NCBI GenBank assembly: GCA_964457375.1
Contig: CAYWFK010000001.1
Span: 12,894-76,893, forward strand
Direction of reading: 5' to 3'
Length of the DNA: 64,000 bases
DNA from: an uncultured Anaerolineales bacterium
GTDB lineage: Bacteria > Chloroflexota > Anaerolineae > Anaerolineales > UBA11858
Shown here: in pieces, positions 26,535-35,790 of the stretch
How the letters are laid out: each line of letters begins with the position of its first letter
How positions within the stretch are numbered: the first letter of the stretch is position 1
Notes under the pieces: generated by a model
What the model saw: only the letters and a program-made list of their open reading frames with translations
Databases searched by the model: none
Told to the model about the DNA's origin: nothing
Made by a program: the position numbers and the translations under genes

Positions 26535-29003
26535 TCAGGGCGTGCTTTTGGGTTTTCTTGCCAATTGGAAGAGATAACAGCCGTCTTGCTTGTAAAGCGT
26601 TTCGAAACCTGCTGAATTTTCGAAAGTTCCCGGGCGGAGAATGCCGCCTTTGCTGCCCAGATAGACGTAGCGGATGTCATTCCGGATTAGGAAGCGCCGG
26701 ATATTTTCCGGGTTGTCTGCGTTTTCGATGGCATAAGCCAGGTTTTGATTGATGTCCCGGACGTAGTCGCTTGAACCCAGCCCGTAAATTACGGGAGGGG
26801 GCAGCGTTGGGTTCCCGGCAAGCGGGGCAATCCAGTACCCGCCGTCGGTGCCCATGTACAATCCGTATCCCCAACCGCCGGGATTGATGAAAATCCGTTC
26901 GTTTTCGGGAATGTTTTGGCGAATCCAGGTGATGGCTTTCAAATCGGCCTTGCGGGTGATGAAAGTTACCGGATTGAGAATGGGAATGAGATTTTGAGCG
27001 GCGAGTATGCTCAGGATAGCCAACAAGGTGATGGCGGTCGGACGGAAAAGGCTGCGGATTCTGGCAGGCAGGATTTTTTTGACAAGGCTGCCGAAATAAC
27101 CGAGGGCGAATCCGGCAAAGGCGGAAACTGGCAAAAAGAGCATGATTTCCACCGAAAGATTGTTGATGAATTCCGGCACAGGAATCCCGATGGCTTTCAG
27201 ATTGGCAGCAAGAAAAATGCCGGTCACCCAAAGCAGGGTCATGGCGGCTGCTTTCCGAAAGCGAAAGAGTGCCAAAAGTATACCGGCGAGGGCTAATCCA
27301 AGGGCATAGGTGCCCCAGCCGGCAGTCAGAAAGCGCCATGAGAACCCTGCGAACAATGTCTGGGTGCCTTTGCCCCATGCCGATACTTTGGGGATGAGCA
27401 AATCAGCCCATAATGGTACAAGCGATGGAAGCACGAAAATCATTGCCAGCAGCCCGGCGGCGATCAAAGGTTTCGTCATGTTAAGTTCGATGGTTTGTCT
27501 GAGCCTGAATAGAAGGAAGAAAAACAGGAAGACAAGCGTAAAAGCGAGAACCCGGTAATGCGTGAGAAACAAACCGGCAAGTGCAATCGATGTAAGGATG
27601 AAGGCCGCTCGCTTTTCTTTTTCCGTGTGAGCATTATACAGTTCGGGTAACTTGTCCAGCATGGCGAAAGGTACAGGCAAAATAAGCAATCCTGCCAACT
27701 GGGTGTAACGCCCCCAACTGGCATAATAGGCGGGCATGGGGGTTAGTACGGCAGTGACCAATGCTGCCAGCAGAGCAGCTGAAGAGTTCCTGAATAATCT
27801 TTTGGTGAACAAAAATGTTGCTAATACGACTGCCGCATTGAGCAATTGCCCGAAGAACAACAAGGCTTTGGCGAGATTCAATCCGGAAAGCCAGACAAAG
27901 AAACTAAATGTGCTGTGAAAGCCGGTGTGGTAGGAAGCCGCTTCCGCAGGAAGGTAAGGCAGGAAGGTGGGCGGGAGCTTTCCGTTGGCGAGAATAAGCC
28001 TTGTAATCAGGGCGTGATGGATTGAATCTACCCAGGCAGGGGTGGCAAGATCGCGCGTCATGATTAGTCGAATGACCAATGCGAAGAGAATGATAACGAG
28101 TAACCAGATTATCTCCGGGTTGATGTGCGGACGGGTAAGCAGTGGGGATTTTCGGTTGCCGGGACCGGGTTTTGACGGACGGAAAAGAGAAACGATGAAG
28201 GCGATAGCGAGCAGCGCAAAACCACCAAGGACAATGTGCCGGTTCAGAACAAAACCGAAAAACGATAACCATTGCATCAATAAAGGAAGCAGCGCGAGGC
28301 TAAGCCCTAACGAGATTGCCAAGGTTTCGCCGGCAGAGAAACGGTGAGTGAGCCGGAATGCACGCAGCAGAAGCCATCCGGGCAAAAGGATGACCAGCAG
28401 AGCGGGGATGCTCATGCCCCATTCTCCCAACCCGGAGGAAAAATCCTGCATCAGGGCATGGATGTCATAGTCATAGGTCGTCCGGAAAGCGAGATCGGCG
28501 GGGGATTGTTTTCCGTTTTCGATCAGGGTTCCGTGCGGATATTGGGGATTGCTGCGCCCGTAGACAAATACCTGTGCATCATCGCTGTGCATGCGCAAAT
28601 AGAATCTGGTTGCCGGTTTTTCTCCAAGCGGGGGGAGCGGAATACGGAACCCGTCTTTTGGGTTCATGGACGCAACCGGCAAAACACGGGTGAGCAGCGG
28701 TTTCGCTTCGTCAGGTGAATGAAACAAATCGAGGACAATCTTGCCGCTTTTGGATTGCGGCGCAAGCCAGAGTGTCAGGCTGTTGAGCCGGGGACGCCGG
28801 GAAACAAAGGTTTGCCCGCAGGTGTTTTGTGAATCGACAAGACAGACCACATCGGATCTGGAGAGCTGGGAGGCTTCCGGGTCTGTCAGGGTCATGCAGC
28901 CGGTGATTAAAAACGAGAGTGTAATCAGAATGAAAAGACCGGGAAGAACAAAACGCTGCCCGGTCTGGATTTCATCAATTCGATTTCTTGCCATTGCCGA
29001 CAT
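26535..29003 (-). CDS. Polytopic membrane protein, possibly a GT-C-type (PMT/ArnT-like) glycosyltransferase, with an N-terminal lipobox-like signal and extracytoplasmic N- and C-terminal domains
   Basis: 822 aa. The N-terminus LFILITLSFLITGC is followed by about 190 soluble residues, at least 12 hydrophobic helices and a C-terminal soluble domain of about 170 aa. The functional call is weak and based on architecture only. The start overlaps the 3' end of prfB. Confidence 0.4.
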   Translation of the reverse strand: MSAMARNRIDEIQTGQRFVLPGLFILITLSFLITGCMTLTDPEASQLSRSDVVCLVDSQNTCGQTFVSRRPRLNSLTLWLAPQSKSGKIVLDLFHSPDEAKPLLTRVLPVASMNPKDGFRIPLPPLGEKPATRFYLRMHSDDAQVFVYGRSNPQYPHGTLIENGKQSPADLAFRTTYDYDIHALMQDFSSGLGEWGMSIPALLVILLPGWLLLRAFRLTHRFSAGETLAISLGLSLALLPLLMQWLSFFGFVLNRHIVLGGFALLAIAFIVSLFRPSKPGPGNRKSPLLTRPHINPEIIWLLVIILFALVIRLIMTRDLATPAWVDSIHHALITRLILANGKLPPTFLPYLPAEAASYHTGFHSTFSFFVWLSGLNLAKALLFFGQLLNAAVVLATFLFTKRLFRNSSAALLAALVTAVLTPMPAYYASWGRYTQLAGLLILPVPFAMLDKLPELYNAHTEKEKRAAFILTSIALAGLFLTHYRVLAFTLVFLFFFLLFRLRQTIELNMTKPLIAAGLLAMIFVLPSLVPLWADLLIPKVSAWGKGTQTLFAGFSWRFLTAGWGTYALGLALAGILLALFRFRKAAAMTLLWVTGIFLAANLKAIGIPVPEFINNLSVEIMLFLPVSAFAGFALGYFGSLVKKILPARIRSLFRPTAITLLAILSILAAQNLIPILNPVTFITRKADLKAITWIRQNIPENERIFINPGGWGYGLYMGTDGGYWIAPLAGNPTLPPPVIYGLGSSDYVRDINQNLAYAIENADNPENIRRFLIRNDIRYVYLGSKGGILRPGTFENSAGFETLYKQDGCYLFQLARKPKSTP

Positions 29004-30076
29004 TCGCCCGCAAGTATGCGGTAATCAACCCGTCCAAATCGCCGTCGAGTACGGATTGTGCGTTCCCGACTTCATAATTAGTCCGATGGTCTTTCACCAT
29101 TTGGTATGGATGGAGAACATAAGAGCGGATTTGACTTCCCCATTCCGCTTTTGTATATTCTCCGCGAAGCTCTGCCATATGTTCTGCGTGTTCCTGCTGT
29201 TTCATTTCGAGGAGCCGGGCACGAAGCACCCGCATCGCATTCTCGCGGTTTTGCACCTGGGAACGTTCATTTTGGCAGGTAACAACGATGCCGGTTGGCA
29301 GGTGGGTTATTCGAACGGCAGTATCGTTTTTTTGCACATTCTGCCCGCCAGCACCGGCAGAGCGATACGTATCGATGCGAAGTTCGTTCGGCTTGATTTC
29401 GACAGCCGTGTTGTCTTCTACCTGGGGTAATATTTCAACCAGGGCAAAAGACGTGTGCCTGCGGTGATTGGCATCGAAAGGAGAAAGCCTCACCAAACGA
29501 TGAACGCCCTTCTCGGATTTCAGATAACCGTAGGCGTATTTTCCTTCTACGGAAACGGTAACGCTTTTTATACCGGCTTCTTCGCCGGGGGTGGTATCCA
29601 AAATTTCGGTTGTATAGTGTCGTTTTTCTGCCCAGCGCAGATACATGCGCAGGAGCATGGCTGTCCAGTCTTGTGAATCTGTGCCTCCGGCGCCGGCGTG
29701 AATGGCAAGCAAGGCATTCCCTTTGTCGTATTTTCCGGAGAGCATGGCGTCGAATTCCCGCTTGCCGACTTCTTTTTCCAGTTCGAGTGTTTCCTGTAAC
29801 AGCTCCGCTTCAAGGCTGGTATCATTCATCTGAGCCAGTTCGATAGTATCCTTGATGCGTTGCCGGAGTGTTTTCCAGCTGTCGATTTCGTCTTGCAGGT
29901 TGGCAAGGCTTTTCATCACCCATTGGGCGCGCTCGGGGTTATCCCACAGGTTTTGGTTTTCGGATTCTTTTTTTAGTTTGTCGAGTTTTGTTTCCAGGGA
30001 AGGTAAGTCAAAGACGCACCAAAATGTTTTCGGTTTTTTCTTCACATTCCCGTAGGCGGGAGAGTATATCTTCCAT
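28975..30076 (-). CDS. prfB: Peptide chain release factor 2, expressed via a programmed +1 frameshift (join 30076..30011, 30009..28975)
   Basis: Frame 0 reads ATG(30076) MEDILSRLRECEEKTENILVRL and ends in CTT TGA C. The +1 frame continues DLPSLETKLDKLKKESENQNLWDNPERAQ... with SPF (RLSPFD) and GGQ (GAGGQNVQ). Confidence 0.9.
30008..30022 (-). other. RF2 autoregulatory +1 frameshift site (GGTG-CGT-CTT-TGA-C)
   Basis: The canonical CUU UGA C slippery/stop context has an SD-like GGUG 3 nt upstream, the same geometry as in E. coli prfB. Confidence 0.85.
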
Positions 30077-30131
30077 GAGTGCCCTCTCAAGTGTAGTAAC
30101 GGTTAAAGTAGGTTGTTATTATAGCGGATTG

Positions 30132-30863
30132 TCAGGTTTTGGGTAGCTGTGTTTGGTAAAGGGTGATAGCTACCGAGACAGCAAGATTGAAGGAATCGAT
30201 TTGATTGGATTGGGGGATGGTTACGCTTGTGCCGAGTGACAGGACTGATGAATCGATACCGCTGCTTTCGTTTCCGAAAATCAGGGCGTAAGGTTCGTTG
30301 AAATGAACTTGATCGAGCCGGGTTTCTCCTGCTCCGGTGAGTAGATAAGCATGCCGCGGGTTCATTGCAAGATAGGCTGGCAATGATTCGAAGCGGGCAA
30401 CCCGAAGGCGGAAGACTGCGCCCATGGAGGCACGAATGGTTTTGGGGTCGAATGGGTCTGCTGCGGGTAGAATGATCGCCAGATCATGGATTCCGAACCC
30501 CAGCATTGTCCGCATGATGGTGCCGAGATTGCCCATGGAACCGGGATGAATCAGAACGACATGGTTTTTCGCGGGTGCCAGTTCATGAAAGTGTTTGGTG
30601 AATACGCCCGCGGCAAATACATTTGCTTTGCTGGCTAATTTTTCGATAGCCCGGTCATTGGTTTCGATGGGGAGCCGCTGCTTTTCGCACAGGGTGATGA
30701 TCTTTTGCACGCCCCGGTTTCTTTCGCCTTTCGAGTGGATGATGATGCGGTCGATGTCACCGGGTGTGTTTGTAATCAGTTCGAGTGTGGGAAAAACACC
30801 GAAGGTATAGCTGTATGGGAAACTTTTCTTGTATCTTTTCAGCGGGTACATTGGAGAAGACAA
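30132..30863 (-). CDS. SpoU/TrmH-family RNA 2'-O-methyltransferase
   Basis: SPOUT motifs LIHPGSMGNLGTIMRT, ALIFGNESSGI and IPQSNQIDSFNLAVSVAITLY. Confidence 0.8.
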   Translation of the reverse strand: MSSPMYPLKRYKKSFPYSYTFGVFPTLELITNTPGDIDRIIIHSKGERNRGVQKIITLCEKQRLPIETNDRAIEKLASKANVFAAGVFTKHFHELAPAKNHVVLIHPGSMGNLGTIMRTMLGFGIHDLAIILPAADPFDPKTIRASMGAVFRLRVARFESLPAYLAMNPRHAYLLTGAGETRLDQVHFNEPYALIFGNESSGIDSSVLSLGTSVTIPQSNQIDSFNLAVSVAITLYQTQLPKT

Positions 30864-30877
30864 TCCACGGAGCCGGT

Positions 30878-31789
30878 TCAGAAGTGGGCAAGGATACCCG
30901 AGATGAAGGCATCGGGATCGAATTTTTGCAAATCTTCCGGCTGCTCCCCAAGACCGGCGAAGAGGATGGGAAGGTTCAGATCATTCCGGATAGCAAAAGC
31001 CATCCCGCCGCGGGCGGAGGAATCAAGCTTCGCTAAAATTACTCCGGTGACCTCAACGGCTTCCTTGAAAGCTTTCGCCTGGTGCATGGCATTTTGCCCG
31101 GTGGTAGCGTCCATCACCAGCCAAACGGCGTGGGGCGCTCCGGGGCAGGCTTTGCCGACAACCCGGTAGACTTTCTTGAGTTCTTCCATCAGGTTGAAAC
31201 GGGTATGCAGCCTGCCGGCAGTATCAATCAGGGCAATATCGATATTGCGGGACTGGGCAGCTTTGACGGTATCATAGGCTACCGCCCCGGGGTCTCCGCC
31301 CGGCTGGCCTGCAATCACCGGTATATCGAGACGATTTCCCCAAACTTGAAGCTGTTCGATAGCACCGGCCCGAAAGGTATCGGCTGCACCAAAGATCACG
31401 GATTTTCCGTTTTCCTGAAAGAGTTTGCCCAGCTTTGCCATATTCGTTGTTTTACCTGATCCATTGACTCCGACGAGCAAAACAACAGCCGGTTTTTCCG
31501 GAAAGTTTATTTCGGGAGGCTGATCGAGCCGAATGCGAAGTTCTTCTCTGATGGCTTGCAGGAGCTGCGAATTTTGTGTGATTCCTCCGGCTCTGACACG
31601 TTCCTGAAGGGATGAAATCACGTTTTCGGTTGTCTCCAAACCCATATCTGCCTGGATGAAAAGCGCCTCGAGTTCGTCCCAGGTGTTTTCGTCGATTTCA
31701 GTAGCACCAATGATATTGGCAATTCTACCGAAGGTGGTTTTGCTGGTTTTTTCCAGCCCTTTTCGCCATTTGCTGATAAATTCGACCAT
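30878..31789 (-). CDS. ftsY: Signal recognition particle receptor FtsY
   Basis: ORF trimmed to the ATG at 31789 (MVEFISKWRKGLEKT). NG-domain motifs GVNGSGKTT, DTAGR and AKLD. Confidence 0.9.
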   Translation of the reverse strand: MVEFISKWRKGLEKTSKTTFGRIANIIGATEIDENTWDELEALFIQADMGLETTENVISSLQERVRAGGITQNSQLLQAIREELRIRLDQPPEINFPEKPAVVLLVGVNGSGKTTNMAKLGKLFQENGKSVIFGAADTFRAGAIEQLQVWGNRLDIPVIAGQPGGDPGAVAYDTVKAAQSRNIDIALIDTAGRLHTRFNLMEELKKVYRVVGKACPGAPHAVWLVMDATTGQNAMHQAKAFKEAVEVTGVILAKLDSSARGGMAFAIRNDLNLPILFAGLGEQPEDLQKFDPDAFISGILAHF

Positions 31790-31887
31790 GGCTGTGATTA
31801 TATCATTTCTTGTCGGGCGGGTGGAAAAATAACAGGACGGGACGGGAAAAAGAAGAAAGCGGGGCGTATTCAGGTTATAATCTGCGT

Positions 31888-32370
31888 ATGGAAAAGAAAA
31901 CATTATCCCATTTGGATGAATACGGGAATGCCCGTATGGTTGATGTCGGCGCCAAGCCGGTTACCGAGCGGATGGCAATTGCCAAGGGGCAGGTTCGCAT
32001 GAAAGCCGAGACGCTTGATTTGATCGTGCGAGGGGAAATGAAAAAAGGAGATGTTTTTTCTGTCGCACAGATTGCCGGTGTGATGGCTGCCAAAAAAACC
32101 GCTGAGTTGATCCCGTTGTGTCATCCTCTTCCATTGAACCAGATTCATGTCGGGATGGAAGCGGATGCTGATTTGCCGGGTATCACCATTACAGCGACGG
32201 TACGGACGAGCGCCAAGACGGGCGTGGAAATGGAAGCGTTGACAGCCGTTTCCGTGGCAGCCCTGACGATTTACGATATGGCGAAGGCTGTGGAAAAAAC
32301 GATGCATATCGAAAACATTCGTCTGGTCGAAAAGCATGGCGGGCGAAGTGGCGATATCATCAACGAATGA
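31888..32370 (+). CDS. moaC: Cyclic pyranopterin monophosphate synthase MoaC
   Basis: ORF trimmed to the ATG at 31888. [23 protein letters not shown]...[29 protein letters not shown]...[10 protein letters not shown]. Confidence 0.9.
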   Translation: MEKKTLSHLDEYGNARMVDVGAKPVTERMAIAKGQVRMKAETLDLIVRGEMKKGDVFSVAQIAGVMAAKKTAELIPLCHPLPLNQIHVGMEADADLPGITITATVRTSAKTGVEMEALTAVSVAALTIYDMAKAVEKTMHIENIRLVEKHGGRSGDIINE

Positions 32371-32377
32371 GGCATAT

Positions 32378-33082
32378 ATGAACAGGATTACGGTCTTTTT
32401 CTTTGCAAATGTACGTGAAGCCATCGGCAAGAAATCAATGGAAATCGAACTCCCCAATGACGCTTTGGTTTCGGACTTGCGGAAACTTTTGAAAAGGGAG
32501 TATCCCCAGCTCGATGATTTGCTCGATTATTCCATGGTAGCGGTGAATAAGGAATTCTCGGATGATGACAGGGTGATTCCGAATAATGCGGAAATCGCTT
32601 TTTTCCCGCAGGTAAGCGGAGGCAGTGAACCGCCGACGGTGGTGGCGATTACCAAAGATGCACTTGACCTCGATGGGATTGTCGCAGCGATCACTTCTCC
32701 CGGTTCGGGAGCCGTTTGCATGTTCACCGGTATTGTCCGGGCGAAGACGACCCGGGGAATACCTCACGAAACTTCTTATCTGGAGTATGAAGCCTATGAG
32801 CCAATGGCAACGGACAAACTTCGGCAAATTGCCGATGAAATCCGTCAGCGATGGGATACGGTCGAAGGGGTTGCCATTGTTCAGCGCATTGGGAGGTTGA
32901 AGCCATCGACACCCACCGTGGTGGTCGCGTGCGCAGCAGCTCATCGTGATACCGGCGTGTTCGAAGCTGCACGATTTGGCATCGATCGTCTGAAAGAAAT
33001 CGTAACGGTTTGGAAGAAAGAGATTACCCCTGACGGGGAACAATGGGTCGAGGGGCATTACAAGCCTGAACCCGGAGAGTAA
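32378..33082 (+). CDS. MoaD-MoaE fusion (molybdopterin synthase sulfur-carrier and catalytic subunits in one polypeptide)
   Basis: The N-terminal ~87 aa is a ThiS/MoaD fold ending AEIAFFPQVSGG. The sequence continues directly into MoaE (GAVCMFTGIVR...YEAYEPMA...HRDTGVFEAARFGIDRLKEIVTVWKKE). Confidence 0.85.
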   Translation: MNRITVFFFANVREAIGKKSMEIELPNDALVSDLRKLLKREYPQLDDLLDYSMVAVNKEFSDDDRVIPNNAEIAFFPQVSGGSEPPTVVAITKDALDLDGIVAAITSPGSGAVCMFTGIVRAKTTRGIPHETSYLEYEAYEPMATDKLRQIADEIRQRWDTVEGVAIVQRIGRLKPSTPTVVVACAAAHRDTGVFEAARFGIDRLKEIVTVWKKEITPDGEQWVEGHYKPEPGE

Positions 33083-33136
33083 ACCCGTTTTAGAACAATC
33101 CTGGTTTCCCGGCCTGGATTCCGGAAAGGGAGAGAA

Positions 33137-34243
33137 ATGATGAACCAGACAAACAGCATTCGCTGCACCAATTGCGATGCACCGTTTCCTGATGATGCAA
33201 TCCTTTATCGTTGTCCGGTATGTGGCGGAACGTTCGATTATGTGAAACCGATTTCGTTTTCGGTTGATCAGGTCGATGACCGTGCTCCCGGAATCTGGAA
33301 ATACAGACATACCTTCGGGCTGCCTGAAAATGCGCCGGTCGTGTCATTGGGAGAGGGGAATACACCATTGGTTTGGGCGGATGCTTTTGGCGAAGAGATT
33401 GGGTTCAAGCTGGAGTTTCTCAACCCTACCGGTTCGTTCAAGGACAGGGGAACGGTTCCCTTGATGAGTTTGCTGGTCAGTCATGGCGTAAAAGAGGCTG
33501 TGGAGGATTCTTCCGGCAATGCTGGCGCTTCTTTTGCGGCATATACTGCACGGACGGGGATACGGGCGGAGATTTTCGTTCCGGATTATGCGTCGGGACC
33601 CAAACGGCGGCAAATGGAAATCTATGGTGCAAACGTCGTTCGGGTGAAAGGCAAGCGTTCGAACGCTTCGGACGCTGTCCGACTTGCTGCGGAAGATGGC
33701 AAGGTTTACGCCAGCCACGCCTATTTGCCGCAAGTGCTTCCCGGTTACGCAACGATTGCTTATGAATTGCTGGCACAGATGGGGAAAGTTCCCGGGACGG
33801 TGGTCGTTCCTGCCGGGCAGGGCAGCCTGCTGCTGGGTATTGGCAGAGGATTTCGTGCATTGCAAGCAGCGGGGGTTATCGATGCAATCCCGAAACTTGT
33901 TGGTGTTCAGGCGGAGGCTTGTGCACCCTTGTGGGCGGTTTTTGTCAACGGACGAGGCGGGCTGATGTGGGTTCGTGAAGGGGCCACGCTGGCAGAAGGC
34001 GTGCGTATCATTCATCCCTTGCGAGGCGACAAAGTATTGCAGATGGTGGCGGACAGCGGCGGCAGCATGGTTGCTGTCGAAGAGGACGCAATCATGTCGG
34101 GAAGGGATGAACTGGCAAGACGCGGCTTTTTCGTCGAGCTGACTTCTGCGATTGTCTGGGATGCAATTGGCCAAATTATCGAGGAATTTCCGCATCCAAT
34201 CGTTGCTATTTTGACCGGTTCGGGTTTTAAATCAGTGGACTGA
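33137..34243 (+). CDS. Threonine-synthase-like PLP enzyme (fold-type II) with an N-terminal Cys4 zinc ribbon
   Basis: CTNC...CPVCGG, then LNPTGSFKDRG (PLP lysine) and SSGNAG. The substrate is not assignable from sequence. Confidence 0.7.
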   Translation: MMNQTNSIRCTNCDAPFPDDAILYRCPVCGGTFDYVKPISFSVDQVDDRAPGIWKYRHTFGLPENAPVVSLGEGNTPLVWADAFGEEIGFKLEFLNPTGSFKDRGTVPLMSLLVSHGVKEAVEDSSGNAGASFAAYTARTGIRAEIFVPDYASGPKRRQMEIYGANVVRVKGKRSNASDAVRLAAEDGKVYASHAYLPQVLPGYATIAYELLAQMGKVPGTVVVPAGQGSLLLGIGRGFRALQAAGVIDAIPKLVGVQAEACAPLWAVFVNGRGGLMWVREGATLAEGVRIIHPLRGDKVLQMVADSGGSMVAVEEDAIMSGRDELARRGFFVELTSAIVWDAIGQIIEEFPHPIVAILTGSGFKSVD

Positions 34244-34284
34244 TTGTTAAATTCATCGATTGATTTCATCGTCAGGAGGCGAAA

Positions 34285-35523
34285 ATGGATAAACGGGTTG
34301 TCGTAACCGGTTTTGGCGCAATATCCCCGCTTGGATTGACCGCAGAGGATAGCTGGAAGAATGCGGTCAACGGTGTGTCGGCAGTCGGGAAAATTACCCA
34401 ATTCGACGCATCCGAGTATCTTGTGCAAATTGCATGTGAAGTGAAGGGTTTCGATCCTGCGGCTTATATGCCTGCGAAAGAAGCCCGGCGGATGGACAGG
34501 TATGAGCAGTTTGCTGTTGTAGCAGCACAGGAAGCGATTAATCATGCCGGCTTGAATCCTTCCGAAATGGAACAGGAGCGGGTCGGAGTCGTTGTTTCTT
34601 CTGCAATTGGCGGTTTGCATACATTGCGGGAAACGGTCGAGACTTTGCACGCCAAGGGCCCGCGCCGGATCAGCCCTTTTGCAATCCCGATGCTGATGGC
34701 GAATGGTGCAGCGGGAATGATTGGTATTCGTTTTGGATTCAAGGGACCCGCTTTTTCTGTGGCGTCTGCTTGTGCCTCCGGTGCTGATGGCCTGGGGCTT
34801 GCCTGGACAATGCTAAAACTGGGGATGATCGATGTGGCGATTACCGGTGCAAGTGAATCCACCGTTGACCCGGTTGGTGTGGCTACTTTCGACCGTCTTG
34901 GGGCGATGTCACGCCGGAATGATGACTATTCGATGACTCCTCAGCCTTTCGACCTGAACCGCGACGGCCTTGTTATGGGGGAAGGTGCAGCCATACTTGT
35001 TTTGGAATGTGAAGAGCACGCCAAAAAACGCGGCGCGAATATTATCGCTGAGCTTGCCGGTTATGGTTCGACGGCGGATGCGTTTCATGTAACCGCTCCC
35101 AGTCAGGACGGGGCGGGCGGTAGACAGGCAATCAAACTTGCTCTTGAAAGCGCTGGAGTCAACCGGGATGAAGTGGACTATATCAATGCTCACGGAACGG
35201 CGACTCAATTGAATGACATCTCTGAAACGCTGGCAATCAAAGGCGTTTTTGGTGAAGATGCTTATCGTATTCCTGTGTCTTCGACCAAATCGATGACAGG
35301 GCATATCATGGGCGCGACCGGCGCTCTGGAAGCAATCTTTTGCTCCCGTGTGGTCAGGGATGATGTTATTCCTCCGACGATTCACTATCAAACCCCCGAT
35401 CCGAAGTGTGATTTGGATTATGTTCCCAATCAGGCACGTGAATTGCCTGTGAATGTTGCCGTAAGCAACTCATTTGGGTTCGGCGGGCATAATGCTGTCC
35501 TGGTGTTCCGGAAATATCATTAG
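34285..35523 (+). CDS. fabF: Beta-ketoacyl-ACP synthase II
   Basis: RVVVTGFGAISPLG, SACASG (active-site Cys), NAHGTAT, and KSMTGH...GGHN. Confidence 0.9.
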   Translation: MDKRVVVTGFGAISPLGLTAEDSWKNAVNGVSAVGKITQFDASEYLVQIACEVKGFDPAAYMPAKEARRMDRYEQFAVVAAQEAINHAGLNPSEMEQERVGVVVSSAIGGLHTLRETVETLHAKGPRRISPFAIPMLMANGAAGMIGIRFGFKGPAFSVASACASGADGLGLAWTMLKLGMIDVAITGASESTVDPVGVATFDRLGAMSRRNDDYSMTPQPFDLNRDGLVMGEGAAILVLECEEHAKKRGANIIAELAGYGSTADAFHVTAPSQDGAGGRQAIKLALESAGVNRDEVDYINAHGTATQLNDISETLAIKGVFGEDAYRIPVSSTKSMTGHIMGATGALEAIFCSRVVRDDVIPPTIHYQTPDPKCDLDYVPNQARELPVNVAVSNSFGFGGHNAVLVFRKYH

Positions 35524-35790
35524 TGGATTTTTGCAGCGGGCAGTGTCGTGAACAGGAACGATTGTTGTTCCTGTGAGCACAGTGCCTGATGCCCGATTTT
35601 ATCGGCACGGTGAACACGGGTTGTTGCGGCAATGCCCAATGATGTTTGTTGTATAATCAGCGGTGACGCGGTGAAACCGGCATTTCCGTACCGGGATGGT
35701 TTTTAAACCCGGCGGTTTCCCGTAATAATCGAACAAGGAGGCCTGGAAGTTTTGCCTGTGGCATCCGGCAGTGATTTCCTCAATTTGCTT

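Noticed and set aside
32435-34195. 291-aa and 283-aa ORFs antisense to moaD-moaE and the ThrC-like gene
   Set aside because: The sense-strand genes carry diagnostic motifs. The antisense products are Arg/Pro/His-rich with no motifs.
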